A stretch of DNA of 37,642 nt from UHGV virus genome UHGV-0029174, one strand, 5' to 3'. Below are positions 8,163-17,085 of the stretch, in pieces. The position numbers and the translations under genes are program-made. The notes under the pieces were generated by a model, which was given only the letters and a program-made list of their open reading frames with translations, did no database searches and was not told the origin of the DNA. Position 1 is the stretch's first letter; each line of letters begins with the position of its first letter. This stretch comes from a virus.

Positions 8163-10503
8163 ATTTCCTGCGAGGTTGTAACATCCCTCCGGGCCGTTGC
8201 GATTCCCTTGCCATCATTTTCATCGCGACGCGTTCCATCGTCTGTTCAAGTCTGCGACTGTCTTCGTCGCTAAATCCGTTTGTGGTCTGTACGGTGATGT
8301 TAACAGGCATATTGATGCCGCCACCACTGAAGAGATCGCGACCAGGAATTACCCTACCATTCTCGCCAGGAATCATATACTGACGCCCGTTGCTCGTCTG
8401 GAATAGCTCTGGTATCCCGTGTTCCCCTACGCGATACAGGCTACCACCATTAACAGAACCACCATTATAACGCCCGCCACCAAAGATTGACGTTGCCAGC
8501 GACATGATCGCAGAAAGCGCCGCAGCACCAGCCGCCGCCCAGCTACCACCAGTTGACGCCGCAGTCGCCGCCGCCGCCGGGGCCGCCGCCGCTGCAATCT
8601 GGCCTTGTGCCGCTACCGCACCAGCCGTGGTACTTGCTTGCGTGGCCTTGCTCTGTGTTTCCATCATCAACTGATCTGCTATCCAGTTGGCGGCAATTTC
8701 TGACAGTTTGTTGCCAACGGTGTTAAGTATGCTGCTTCCCAGGTTGGCAAAGACCTCGCTTAACGATTGAGTACCGTTTAGCAGGCCGGTAAGGGCATTA
8801 CCCATGCCACCCTTTAGGCCGCTAACACAAGCACCAATCAGGCTGTTTGTGTCGCTTTGCGCCTGCCATTGTTCCCATTTCAGATCCCGGATCTGTTGTT
8901 CGTGTTCCAATTGCGCTTGTCTCTGTTGCGCCTCTGTAGCGCCCAGGTCCAATAGCATTTGCTTTCTTACTGCCCATTCATTCTGTGCCTGTTTGATTGG
9001 GTCAATTTCGCCCTTAAGCTGGTCCATTGGACTAACTATTTGCGACCATTTATCACGCAATTCATCTACAGGGATTTGCGCTAATTCTTCCTTCAGTTCT
9101 TTGCCGATCCCTTTTTGCGCTGCGCGGTATTCAAGGAGTGTGATTTTACCCTGGGCGAATGCAGCATCAATGGCCTTGCCGTTCTCTAACGCTTTGCGCA
9201 TAGCGGCGGCGTCTTTGTTGTACTGGTCAGAAACGCTTATGCCTTTGTCACCAAGCCGATCAGCTTCAGATTTCTTCTCTTTTTTCTGTTTTTTCGGTTT
9301 GTCTACTGGCTTGTCGAATCCGGTAATCGCTCCGTCATTGGCGGCATTCTGTTCATTTTTCCTTGCTTCCTCTGTAGCCTGGATTGCTGCGGTCAGATCA
9401 TCCTGTAATTGCATGACCTTGCCAACGGTCTTACCGTATTTCTTCTCGTAGTTGCTGTTATATTCGTCGGTTTGCTCTCCTGCGACCTCCTTCATCCATT
9501 TGTAGGCGTCCATTAGTGCCTTGATTGGCGTCACCATTGCGATGATCTTCTCGGCCACCTCGCCAGCCTTGATTCTGACATCTTCAAACATGTCGATGAA
9601 TTCGCCACCAGCCGTCTTCAGGGTGTTAAAGCAGGTTTTAGCGAAATCAGCGCCTTCACCTAAAGCCTTAACACCTTTCGTTACAAGATCGATACCAGCA
9701 ACAACCGTATCGGATACACCGAAAAGATCATCCAATTGTTCAACAAGTCCCATAACCTCGACTTTAAGCTCATTCAGAGCCATGCCGGATGTGCGCGGCA
9801 ACTGCGCAAACTTCTCGTTTGTTTCCTGCGTAGCCGCCTGGATCGCGTTAACCATCCTTTCTGCCGTGATCTTACCGTCCAGCATTTCGGCGCGGAATTG
9901 GCCCATTGATAACCCCATCTGGCGGGCCATTGTCTGTACGATGGTCGGGGTGTTTTCTAACAGGCTATTGAATTCTTCAGCACGCAACACGCCACCGTCG
10001 ATAGACTGACGGAATTGACGCATTGAGTTTGACATCTGCTCCGCTGACGCGCCGCCCAACGCCCCCATTTTCTGAATCGTACCTACCAGGTTAAGCAATT
10101 GCCCTTCAGTGGCGGACGTGTTCTTCAGTGAGATAGCCAGACCTTGCCATAGTTCGCCAGTATCCTTCAGGCTTTGCCCAGTTTCCCTGGATATTGCTTT
10201 CAGCCCGTCGAAAACCCGTCCGGCGGACTCCGCATCGCCCGTAAGCATTTTGATTTTTACGCGAAGCATTTTTGCTTGCTCCGCCATATCCATGAATTGG
10301 CGCACAGCCTCCGCAGCAATTAGCAAATGGATAACCCTGGTCAGTGCCTTGATGGATGTTTTCAGGGTGTTTACCTGGCGGTCAGCCTGTTTTGCGCCGC
10401 GCTCTATACGGTCAAAAGCCTGGTCGGCCTGGCGTTGTGCAACGAGAAGTTGACCAGTTTTCGCGTCAACTTCGTAATAAATTGTACCTACACTGGTTGC
10501 CAT
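8161..10503 (-). CDS. tail tape measure protein (780 aa)
   Basis: Largest ORF in tail module, upstream of M-L-K-I-J; helical Q/A/E-rich composition with Gly/Ala-rich C-terminal segment. Confidence 0.85.
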   Translation of the reverse strand: MATSVGTIYYEVDAKTGQLLVAQRQADQAFDRIERGAKQADRQVNTLKTSIKALTRVIHLLIAAEAVRQFMDMAEQAKMLRVKIKMLTGDAESAGRVFDGLKAISRETGQSLKDTGELWQGLAISLKNTSATEGQLLNLVGTIQKMGALGGASAEQMSNSMRQFRQSIDGGVLRAEEFNSLLENTPTIVQTMARQMGLSMGQFRAEMLDGKITAERMVNAIQAATQETNEKFAQLPRTSGMALNELKVEVMGLVEQLDDLFGVSDTVVAGIDLVTKGVKALGEGADFAKTCFNTLKTAGGEFIDMFEDVRIKAGEVAEKIIAMVTPIKALMDAYKWMKEVAGEQTDEYNSNYEKKYGKTVGKVMQLQDDLTAAIQATEEARKNEQNAANDGAITGFDKPVDKPKKQKKEKKSEADRLGDKGISVSDQYNKDAAAMRKALENGKAIDAAFAQGKITLLEYRAAQKGIGKELKEELAQIPVDELRDKWSQIVSPMDQLKGEIDPIKQAQNEWAVRKQMLLDLGATEAQQRQAQLEHEQQIRDLKWEQWQAQSDTNSLIGACVSGLKGGMGNALTGLLNGTQSLSEVFANLGSSILNTVGNKLSEIAANWIADQLMMETQSKATQASTTAGAVAAQGQIAAAAAPAAAATAASTGGSWAAAGAAALSAIMSLATSIFGGGRYNGGSVNGGSLYRVGEHGIPELFQTSNGRQYMIPGENGRVIPGRDLFSGGGINMPVNITVQTTNGFSDEDSRRLEQTMERVAMKMMARESQRPGGMLQPRRK

Positions 10504-10545
10504 GATTTAACCTCATGAAAATTGTGATCTAGATCTCTATTCTAT

Positions 10546-10584
10546 ACAAAATGGCTTCACTTCAACGAATACATTTTGTATAAA
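10546..10584 (+). promoter_or_regulatory. promoter (TTCACT-N17-TATAAA) embedded in inverted repeat TACAAAATG-N18-CATTTTGTA
   Basis: 15-mer identical to 7199..7213; 9-bp inverted repeat arms span -35 to -10. Confidence 0.5.
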
Positions 10585-10661
10585 GAAGACAAAGGAAAGG
10601 GATAGAGTAAAGGGGTTTGAAAGGACCGGATAAACCGGAGGAAGCAAAAGAGGATAAGAAA

Positions 10662-10751
10662 ATGAAAAACGTAAACTACCGTCCCAACGAACATGAGCGC
10701 TATGCAGACTTTATCGAAGAAATGTTAAAATCACTTAAAAACAAAAACTAA
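10662..10751 (+). CDS. small ORF (29 aa, MKNVNYRPNEHERYADFIEEMLKSLKNKN)
   Basis: ATG 10662 with SD AAGAGGA at the end of a GA-rich leader; below track size cut-off. Confidence 0.3.
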   Translation: MKNVNYRPNEHERYADFIEEMLKSLKNKN

Positions 10752-10764
10752 ACGGGGGTGGGTT

Positions 10765-11262
10765 ATGAAGCGGTTAGTAAAAGTTGCGGTAGCTGCGGTC
10801 ATGGCGGTATTCGCGGTCAATGCAAATGCAAATAATGAAGTTAGCAAGATGTGTGATGTGCTGTATCCAGCCTACGAACAAGCATATACAATGGCAAATG
10901 CAAACTTCTTTTCAATTGGCAGACACGGCATTAACTGGGAATATTTCATCTTAAATGAAGATAGCAGGACCAAAAAAGGTGACGCTGAAATGATAAAAGC
11001 GCACGGTGAAAGTTTCGCTTTCGTGATGGCTGCTGCTGAAAATAAACAAAATGACAATGAATTTAAAAACTTTGTCGCTGGACTTGCCATCATGGCTGCT
11101 GAACGGGCGGTAAAAGATCACGACAACAACGCTTATGACGCTGCCGACGGGATGGCATTAGATAGGGTAAGAATTGACTTCAAAAACATGTGCGTCAAAG
11201 AAGGCGCTAACATGTATAAAAAAGTAATAGATAAACACCACGAATATTATATAGGTTATTAA
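10765..11262 (+). CDS. secreted/periplasmic protein with signal peptide (165 aa), antisense within tail module
   Basis: SD GGGGGTGGG; N-terminal MKRLVKVAVAAVMAVFAVNANA signal-peptide-like; own promoter and terminator. Confidence 0.6.
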   Translation: MKRLVKVAVAAVMAVFAVNANANNEVSKMCDVLYPAYEQAYTMANANFFSIGRHGINWEYFILNEDSRTKKGDAEMIKAHGESFAFVMAAAENKQNDNEFKNFVAGLAIMAAERAVKDHDNNAYDAADGMALDRVRIDFKNMCVKEGANMYKKVIDKHHEYYIGY

Positions 11263-11292
11263 AAAAGGCCCGGCTAATCCCGGGCTTTTTCT
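11263..11292. terminator. bidirectional rho-independent terminator (GCCCGG-ctaat-CCGGGC flanked by A6 and T5)
   Basis: A-run/stem-loop/T-run readable on both strands between convergent genes. Confidence 0.7.
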
Positions 11293-11963
11293 TGCTCGCT
11301 ATTTTCCATTCTTTTTAGTATCTCCATAGCCTCCCTCATTCCATCGTCATAAGCCTTTTTATCCAGTAATACATCTGGTCGTTTTTGTTTGTTTCTTGCT
11401 TCTGGCGGCGTTTTAGCACGCACAGCGGCCCTATATCCGGTCATTGTCATGCCCCATGCTTCAGATTCAGACAATCCCAGGTGAGCAACGGCAGAATAAA
11501 CATACTCAAGGATGTCGAATGTCTGCTTATAGTCGCCTTCCTGCTCCTCGCCAGCGTCTTCATCTGGTCCGTCACCAATTAAGCCGTGATACATGCAGTG
11601 TTGCGCCAGCGTGATAACATCATCAACTGGCATTATTCCCGGTTTTAATCTCAATTTACCCGAAGGAGTGAACCAGCATTCGCCTAATAACGGGCCTGTT
11701 TCGTCGTCTGAGCAACATTTCAGTATGTGGATGGATGTTTGCACTATCTCACCATAACACCGCGCCATAATGCGATTGCGGAGGTCTGGATCTGTAGGTA
11801 ATCGTGAAGGGTATTTGCTGCCGTGGATAAGTGCGAAATATTCGACAAGCTCACTATCATTGCCGATTTTAGCCATCGCAGCAAAGCAAGGATTAAACTC
11901 ATAGCGCTTACCGTTCACCACAGCCGCAAATTGTCCTGTACGAACATGGATCATAGTATTCAC
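11274..11963 (-). CDS. tail protein, possibly tail assembly chaperone (229 aa; acidic internal segment)
   Basis: Position between major tail candidate and tape measure; no homology recognised. Confidence 0.35.
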   Translation of the reverse strand: MNTMIHVRTGQFAAVVNGKRYEFNPCFAAMAKIGNDSELVEYFALIHGSKYPSRLPTDPDLRNRIMARCYGEIVQTSIHILKCCSDDETGPLLGECWFTPSGKLRLKPGIMPVDDVITLAQHCMYHGLIGDGPDEDAGEEQEGDYKQTFDILEYVYSAVAHLGLSESEAWGMTMTGYRAAVRAKTPPEARNKQKRPDVLLDKKAYDDGMREAMEILKRMENSEQEKARD

Positions 11964-11998
11964 CCTAAAAGGAAGGGGCTAAATAGCCCCTTTATTGT

Positions 11999-12475
11999 TT
12001 ATGCGGCAACCGGATCGGTTACATTTACCTGGCCAGCGCTTTCGCACTCAATAGACCAGGTGGAAACATCATCGTTAGGGTCTTCTTCTTTGAATGAGGT
12101 ACAAAGAAACGGACCTTCAGTTACGTCAACCGGGGAAACAAGTTTTAGCCACACGTAAGGCTGCGATCCGGTTGCTTCACTAGGGCTAACAACGTGCCGT
12201 TTCAGTTCTTTTTGATTATGGATTGCTTCGGTACGTGATACGCCGTCGCCGGAGAAAGAAACAGATTTGTAAGTTACCATTGATTCTTTCGTGTAGTCTG
12301 CTGATTTGTCAGCGGTGGCGTCTGCGGTTTCCCATTCTACGGAAAGCGTTTTACCACGCATCATGCCTAACACTTTATATGCTTCGTTATTGGGTTTCGC
12401 ATTAGGGCAAGCGATAGCAAAGAATACAGCCACGTCGCGGCCCAGGAATGCGCCCTTTTCGCAAGTCTGAGACAT
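11999..12475 (-). CDS. putative major tail (tube) protein (158 aa)
   Basis: Position upstream of chaperone and tape measure in siphovirus order. Confidence 0.45.
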   Translation of the reverse strand: MSQTCEKGAFLGRDVAVFFAIACPNAKPNNEAYKVLGMMRGKTLSVEWETADATADKSADYTKESMVTYKSVSFSGDGVSRTEAIHNQKELKRHVVSPSEATGSQPYVWLKLVSPVDVTEGPFLCTSFKEEDPNDDVSTWSIECESAGQVNVTDPVAA

Positions 12476-12488
12476 GTTAATTCACCTC

Positions 12489-12875
12489 TTATCTAGATAT
12501 GATGGTTTGAAAAGCTACGGTAAAAATAAAGCGCCCTTCTCTTGTCTGCATTGCAGGAATAGCACCAATTGGTTTCATGTGTGTAATTTTATCAGTTTTA
12601 TATTCGGTTATCATACTTTGCCGTATAGCGTCGGCGAGATCTTCCACTTCACTGATATTTGCGTCATTACGCGCTGAAATAACCAGGATGCGAAAATAGT
12701 CACGGGTTACTGCTTCTTCACCAGCCGCACCGCCGTTTTGCTGTATGACAATATATCTGCTGTTATTCGAATTGGATCGCTCATTCCAGAAACGGGCCTG
12801 CAAAATATAACCTTCGTCGTACCCGTGGGATTTAATCCAATCCCTTATTTCGTCGTATACTTCGCTGCGTTTCAT
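12489..12875 (-). CDS. putative tail completion / neck protein (128 aa)
   Basis: Position in head-tail joining cluster. Confidence 0.4.
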   Translation of the reverse strand: MKRSEVYDEIRDWIKSHGYDEGYILQARFWNERSNSNNSRYIVIQQNGGAAGEEAVTRDYFRILVISARNDANISEVEDLADAIRQSMITEYKTDKITHMKPIGAIPAMQTREGRFIFTVAFQTIISR

Positions 12876-13312
12876 GTTTTGTAACCTCCCACAATCTCTT
12901 TATAAATATCGTCAGCGTTGTTTGGATCTTCGAATGCCTTGCGCAAAAACTCCGGCTCCGCGTTTGGGTCCCAATATTTACCTTTTCCAGTACCGCCGCC
13001 GAATTCAATCCCTTCGCTAGTCTTGCCGAAATGTTCGCGCGGCTGGCCTTTTAATTTACCCGGCATATTGTGCACCCATTCAGCATACCGGGCCGTATAT
13101 CCCAGCCGTAACTGCATACCATCCGCCGTGCTACCTATATACTGAAATTGGCTGTTAATTAAAAAACCCGTATCAACGGGGGTCATGTTCGCCGCGAAGC
13201 CACTAGCCAGCATCCCTACTCGCCATAACACCTCATGAGTTTTCTTATCTGTGATTTCCTTTAGCTCCTGCTTTAATCGCTCCCTGACACGCTTAACACC
13301 CTTGATAGGCAT
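12872..13312 (-). CDS. putative tail component, HK97 gp10-like (146 aa)
   Basis: Position and N-terminal MPIKGVKRV...L pattern; by memory only. Confidence 0.4.
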   Translation of the reverse strand: MPIKGVKRVRERLKQELKEITDKKTHEVLWRVGMLASGFAANMTPVDTGFLINSQFQYIGSTADGMQLRLGYTARYAEWVHNMPGKLKGQPREHFGKTSEGIEFGGGTGKGKYWDPNAEPEFLRKAFEDPNNADDIYKEIVGGYKT

Positions 13313-13314
13313 GA

Positions 13315-13704
13315 TTAACCCCCTGTCACGATCTTATAATCCGGCGTGTCGTTAAACATGCCCATGTCCCATTCAACGATTCCGGTTATAAAGTTGGCCC
13401 CAGCCGCCAGCGGGTCGGCAATAGCAGTAGTGTCACCAGTAGCAAGCATCCATCCTTTTTCCGGGCGCTGTACTGGCTGCATCTTGTGAAGCAGTTCGGT
13501 ATATACGGTTATCGTGTTGCTAACCTCATTCCCGTTTGCGTCTGTTGCGGTTCCGTCAGTACGCTCCCATGCACAATCTACCAGGTATGGCGTACCGTAT
13601 ACGTCGGAGTTTGTCCAGTCGTCACGCGTTACGGGGTAAATGGTGGCTAACGCCTTGTAAGTAAATCTTGATAGCTTACTCATAGCCATAGCTCCATTTA
13701 ACAA
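13315..13704 (-). CDS. putative head-tail joining protein (129 aa)
   Basis: Position. Confidence 0.4.
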   Translation of the reverse strand: MLNGAMAMSKLSRFTYKALATIYPVTRDDWTNSDVYGTPYLVDCAWERTDGTATDANGNEVSNTITVYTELLHKMQPVQRPEKGWMLATGDTTAIADPLAAGANFITGIVEWDMGMFNDTPDYKIVTGG

Positions 13705-13861
13705 TTTTCGGATGAGTTTTCGCCACGCGCGGGCAGAGAATTACCCATTCACCAGCATCATTGAGATAGGCCGCCACCTGTCGCCCCGTGTCTGTTTTCA
13801 CCCATACACGGGTAAACAGTTTCGGTAATAACGGATCCGGTAATGTCAGGTCGTTCCACAT
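13676..13861 (-). CDS. hypothetical protein (61 aa)
   Basis: Track ORF in tightly packed head-tail cluster. Confidence 0.35.
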   Translation of the reverse strand: MWNDLTLPDPLLPKLFTRVWVKTDTGRQVAAYLNDAGEWVILCPRVAKTHPKIVKWSYGYE

Positions 13862-13863
13862 TG

Positions 13864-14250
13864 TTACATCCTCCCACTCTTACCTATCCACAGCCCGGCG
13901 TGCGCGGTGTTTTCTGGATCCGGTGGAATCAGTTCGGCTGTACAATGGTTCTTATCAAGGGAGTAAAGCAACGAATAGGCCGCTTTCCATTTTTTATTAA
14001 AATCGACATAGCGATATGACTGGCTTGCGCCGTTCGTACCAGTATGCGAGGAAACGTATTTGTTAGCCTGGGTGAGTCCTAACAGGCCGATCAGATAAAG
14101 TTGGATCAATGTTGCAGTGGAGGCCGGATAGTTGGCATCAAGGCATTCATTAACGCTGTTTGCCTGCTCCACCAGCAAGGATAAGATAATGTCTGGCAGG
14201 TCAATACCCTGGCTTTCAAGATATTCCCGCGCCTGTTCTGTAGTGACCAT
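13864..14250 (-). CDS. putative head-tail connector protein (128 aa; start trimmed to ATG 14250)
   Basis: SD GGAG before ATG 14250; the longer track ORF N-terminus is encoded by the terminator T-run. Confidence 0.4.
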   Translation of the reverse strand: MVTTEQAREYLESQGIDLPDIILSLLVEQANSVNECLDANYPASTATLIQLYLIGLLGLTQANKYVSSHTGTNGASQSYRYVDFNKKWKAAYSLLYSLDKNHCTAELIPPDPENTAHAGLWIGKSGRM

Positions 14251-14268
14251 TTTGTTTACTCCACATAC

Positions 14269-14297
14269 AAAAAAAATCCCCGGCATCGCGCCGGGGA
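14269..14297 (-). terminator. rho-independent terminator after the major capsid gene (CCCCGGC-gcgat-GCCGGGG then T8)
   Basis: Minus strand GC stem-loop followed by TTTTTTTT between capsid stop 14316 and next start 14250. Confidence 0.65.
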
Positions 14298-14315
14298 GTT
14301 ACAAGAAATGCGAAA

Positions 14316-15368
14316 TTATTTGTGACCGTAAACGACACCGGAACGGCCCAGCATGTCGCAGGTGATTTGTAAACCTTCGGCAGACATGATTTTGAAATTG
14401 TAGTTATCGGTAGGCATGGTGCGCGGCAGAGGCACTACGCCAGTAGTCATACCAACCAGCGGGGTAATGACGTTGCGGCGGCGTTGATAGGCAATGAACT
14501 CGTTGCCTTTCAGTGCATAGGTCTGACGGATTTCTTTAACCGGAATGAACGGTTTAACGATATTCAGAACACTGCCTACGACAGTCCCGTTTGCAATGTG
14601 CGGCGCTGCCAGGTTAGCCATAATTTCAGGTGACACCCACATGAGATCATACTGGTCAACGCGGTTGTTGCGGGCCATAACACCGAATGCACCAGTGGTG
14701 AAGAATTTGATGAGAGCATCGAATCCGTCAGTGGTGAGATCTTCGGAGGTCATGACTAGTTGCTGGGTATTGCGGTGATTTTTAATACCCTGGCCAGGTT
14801 TACCGTTGACGTTGATTTTTGCGTTACCGTTAAGGTAATAATCAACGCGGGCCTTGTTGAATTTTTGCAGTTTCAGGCGCTGGCTATCCAGTGCAAGGTC
14901 AATACCAACAGTTTTCAGACCTTCGGAATGACGCCAGCTGACACCGTAACCCGCTGCGAACATCGGGATCGGGTCGCCATCGCTGCCATATTCAGTGTGA
15001 TCGAAGCCATGCGGGGCTTGACCATCGATACTAACGACAACTTCATCGTTAATATCACCGGATACGCTGTACATTTTCTCGGTTTTACCGATTGGCAATA
15101 CGGTTTGCACAGCCATCAAATCGTTTACGATTTCAATACCAGTCTCTTCGGTGCTCATTTCGATAATCTGGTTATCGACAGCTTTCCAGAACTCCTGATC
15201 GAAGCCGCCAACGGCATTACATGCCAGGATGTCAGCGGTCATGTTTGCCATATTTGCGGCAATAAGAGCGCCGTCCTGATCATTAAACATGTTGCGCTGC
15301 GCCCAAAGGTGATCCCACTGGGCACGAATGCGGCTGTTGGTAGCAAGGTTGTGTTTATTAAACAACAT
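14316..15368 (-). CDS. major capsid protein (350 aa)
   Basis: Size and position after scaffold and head proteins; terminator follows, as is common after capsid genes. Confidence 0.7.
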   Translation of the reverse strand: MLFNKHNLATNSRIRAQWDHLWAQRNMFNDQDGALIAANMANMTADILACNAVGGFDQEFWKAVDNQIIEMSTEETGIEIVNDLMAVQTVLPIGKTEKMYSVSGDINDEVVVSIDGQAPHGFDHTEYGSDGDPIPMFAAGYGVSWRHSEGLKTVGIDLALDSQRLKLQKFNKARVDYYLNGNAKINVNGKPGQGIKNHRNTQQLVMTSEDLTTDGFDALIKFFTTGAFGVMARNNRVDQYDLMWVSPEIMANLAAPHIANGTVVGSVLNIVKPFIPVKEIRQTYALKGNEFIAYQRRRNVITPLVGMTTGVVPLPRTMPTDNYNFKIMSAEGLQITCDMLGRSGVVYGHK

Positions 15369-15387
15369 AGTTTTTCACCTCTTATTA

Positions 15388-15798
15388 TTATGCAACGCGG
15401 ACACGTACAAAATCAGCCGCTTCAAGGGTTACAGTTTCCTGGCAGAAAGCGAAAACCGGATCGGCAGATTCACCAGTTGCTGCGACCTTAAAGCCATCAG
15501 CACCAATGGTGATACCAGCGTCTTTGGTGTAAGTGCCAGTCGGAAGCAGGATTGCGAATTCGCGCCCTTCTTCTGCGTAGTCAGCGACCACGGAATGACC
15601 AACCGGGATCGCATCTTCAATGCCTAATCCTTCATGGTATGCCGGATTAACAACATAAATACGGCCTACGGTATCAGCGGCAGCAACGAATTTACCGGCC
15701 GTCATTTTAACCGGGGTGCCTGGTTTAAGCTCTGCGGCAGATACTGCGGTTTCGGTAATAGATTTACCGTCAATATTCACACGACGAAAACGGGCCAT
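15388..15798 (-). CDS. head protein (136 aa), possibly decoration or capsid-associated
   Basis: Position between scaffold and capsid genes. Confidence 0.35.
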   Translation of the reverse strand: MARFRRVNIDGKSITETAVSAAELKPGTPVKMTAGKFVAAADTVGRIYVVNPAYHEGLGIEDAIPVGHSVVADYAEEGREFAILLPTGTYTKDAGITIGADGFKVAATGESADPVFAFCQETVTLEAADFVRVRVA

Positions 15799-15808
15799 AA
15801 TTCACCTC

Positions 15809-17080
15809 TTATGCGAAATAGTTGTTAATGTCAGGGGTAGCAGGTTTATTTCCGCCAGCGGCTGAGTTTGCTGCCATTGGTGCTGCTTTACCCAGGGATT
15901 TAAACATTGCTTCTAACGCTTCACCGCTTAATGCGTTAGCAACAATTTCGCCGTGTACTTTCGCAACTGCGGCGCGTTTTTCTGCTACTTCTTTATTTGC
16001 GTTTGCTGCGATCTCTTCTTTAATCGCTTTCTGATTGGTCTGTAATTCTTCAACGCTTGCCTGTACTGGTTTAAGTGCCTCAGCTACTGCACTGGCGATA
16101 TTAGCGGATAAACCTTCGTTAATTTCTTTTACCAGTTCGGCGCGTTCTTCTTTGGTCAAAGGCATGGGATCGTCCTCCGATTTATTGGCCTTAATTTTTT
16201 CATTCAGGGAGAAAAGATTAGATAGGTGTTCAGCGAACTGAGCGAACCATGATTTACCTTCCTCATTGGTTGTAAGTTCGCCATTATTGAGAATTATTTT
16301 ATCAGCCTGTTTTTCATACGTGCAAACTTGAGCATTTTCAGCGTTAGTAGCAATCGTCACTTCTTTATCAGTGAAGTCCACGACATAGACATAATCTGCA
16401 TCGGGGAACAGTTTACGCGCCGCCTCTTCAAGTTGTCTTTCAAGCGTGCGATAGCTGTTTTCTTTCATTGCCACCGCCATTAACGGCTTCGCCTGGTCAG
16501 TGTTAACCATCAGGCCAACGCCCTGTTCAGGCGATGCGGCTGGCGGTTCGTGAAGCAGGATAGCGTCATGGTCGATTGACATGATTTTTACCACGCTGTC
16601 AGCACCCTGGGCTTTCATTTCTTCAGTAGCTGGCATACGCTGACGATATACGGCAACAGATGACCAGATCGGATCTTTGCTTTCGCCTTTTTCCAGCGCT
16701 TCCAGTCGGCTTAATAATTCGCGTCCTTGTTCTGAATGGCTGGCGGTTTCCACATCCACCCATTTTTCCACATAAACACGGTTGCCGCGTAATTCAACAT
16801 TTCTGTTCCACGCTCCACAAAAGCCAATATTCAGACCTTCCGGGCTAAATGCGGAAACAAATTCGCCGTCAACCGTAGGATGGCCCAGCGGTGCGAGCGT
16901 GCCTTCCAGAGATTGATAATTAGCAATGATTTCGGCTTCCGGGTAATATTCACGATTCATAACAATATTGAAGGGCAACGTATACGACGGGACTACAATG
17001 TGTTCACGCCCGTTATATGTTTCCCGGCGGATGGTATTAGCGGTTAATTTGGTATTAACCTGAATCAGTTCTTTACTCAC
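15809..17080 (-). CDS. capsid scaffolding protein, possibly with N-terminal protease-like domain (~423 aa)
   Basis: C-terminal A/E/K-rich helical half typical of scaffolds; GTG 17080 with SD GGGAG preferred over TTG 17095. Confidence 0.5.
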   Translation of the reverse strand: MSKELIQVNTKLTANTIRRETYNGREHIVVPSYTLPFNIVMNREYYPEAEIIANYQSLEGTLAPLGHPTVDGEFVSAFSPEGLNIGFCGAWNRNVELRGNRVYVEKWVDVETASHSEQGRELLSRLEALEKGESKDPIWSSVAVYRQRMPATEEMKAQGADSVVKIMSIDHDAILLHEPPAASPEQGVGLMVNTDQAKPLMAVAMKENSYRTLERQLEEAARKLFPDADYVYVVDFTDKEVTIATNAENAQVCTYEKQADKIILNNGELTTNEEGKSWFAQFAEHLSNLFSLNEKIKANKSEDDPMPLTKEERAELVKEINEGLSANIASAVAEALKPVQASVEELQTNQKAIKEEIAANANKEVAEKRAAVAKVHGEIVANALSGEALEAMFKSLGKAAPMAANSAAGGNKPATPDINNYFA

Positions 17081-17085
17081 GATTT

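Noticed and set aside
8804-10009. Plus-strand ORFs of 215 and 162 aa inside the tape measure gene
   Set aside because: Low-complexity Ser/Cys/Ala-rich translations antisense to a well-supported 780-aa gene
13864-14286. N-terminal extension (MPGIFFVCGVNK) of the connector ORF
   Set aside because: Encoded by the T-run and stem of the terminator after the capsid gene; the internal ATG at 14250 has an SD
14760-15491. Plus-strand 243-aa ORF
   Set aside because: Antisense to the major capsid gene, which has far better context (SD, operon position, following terminator)
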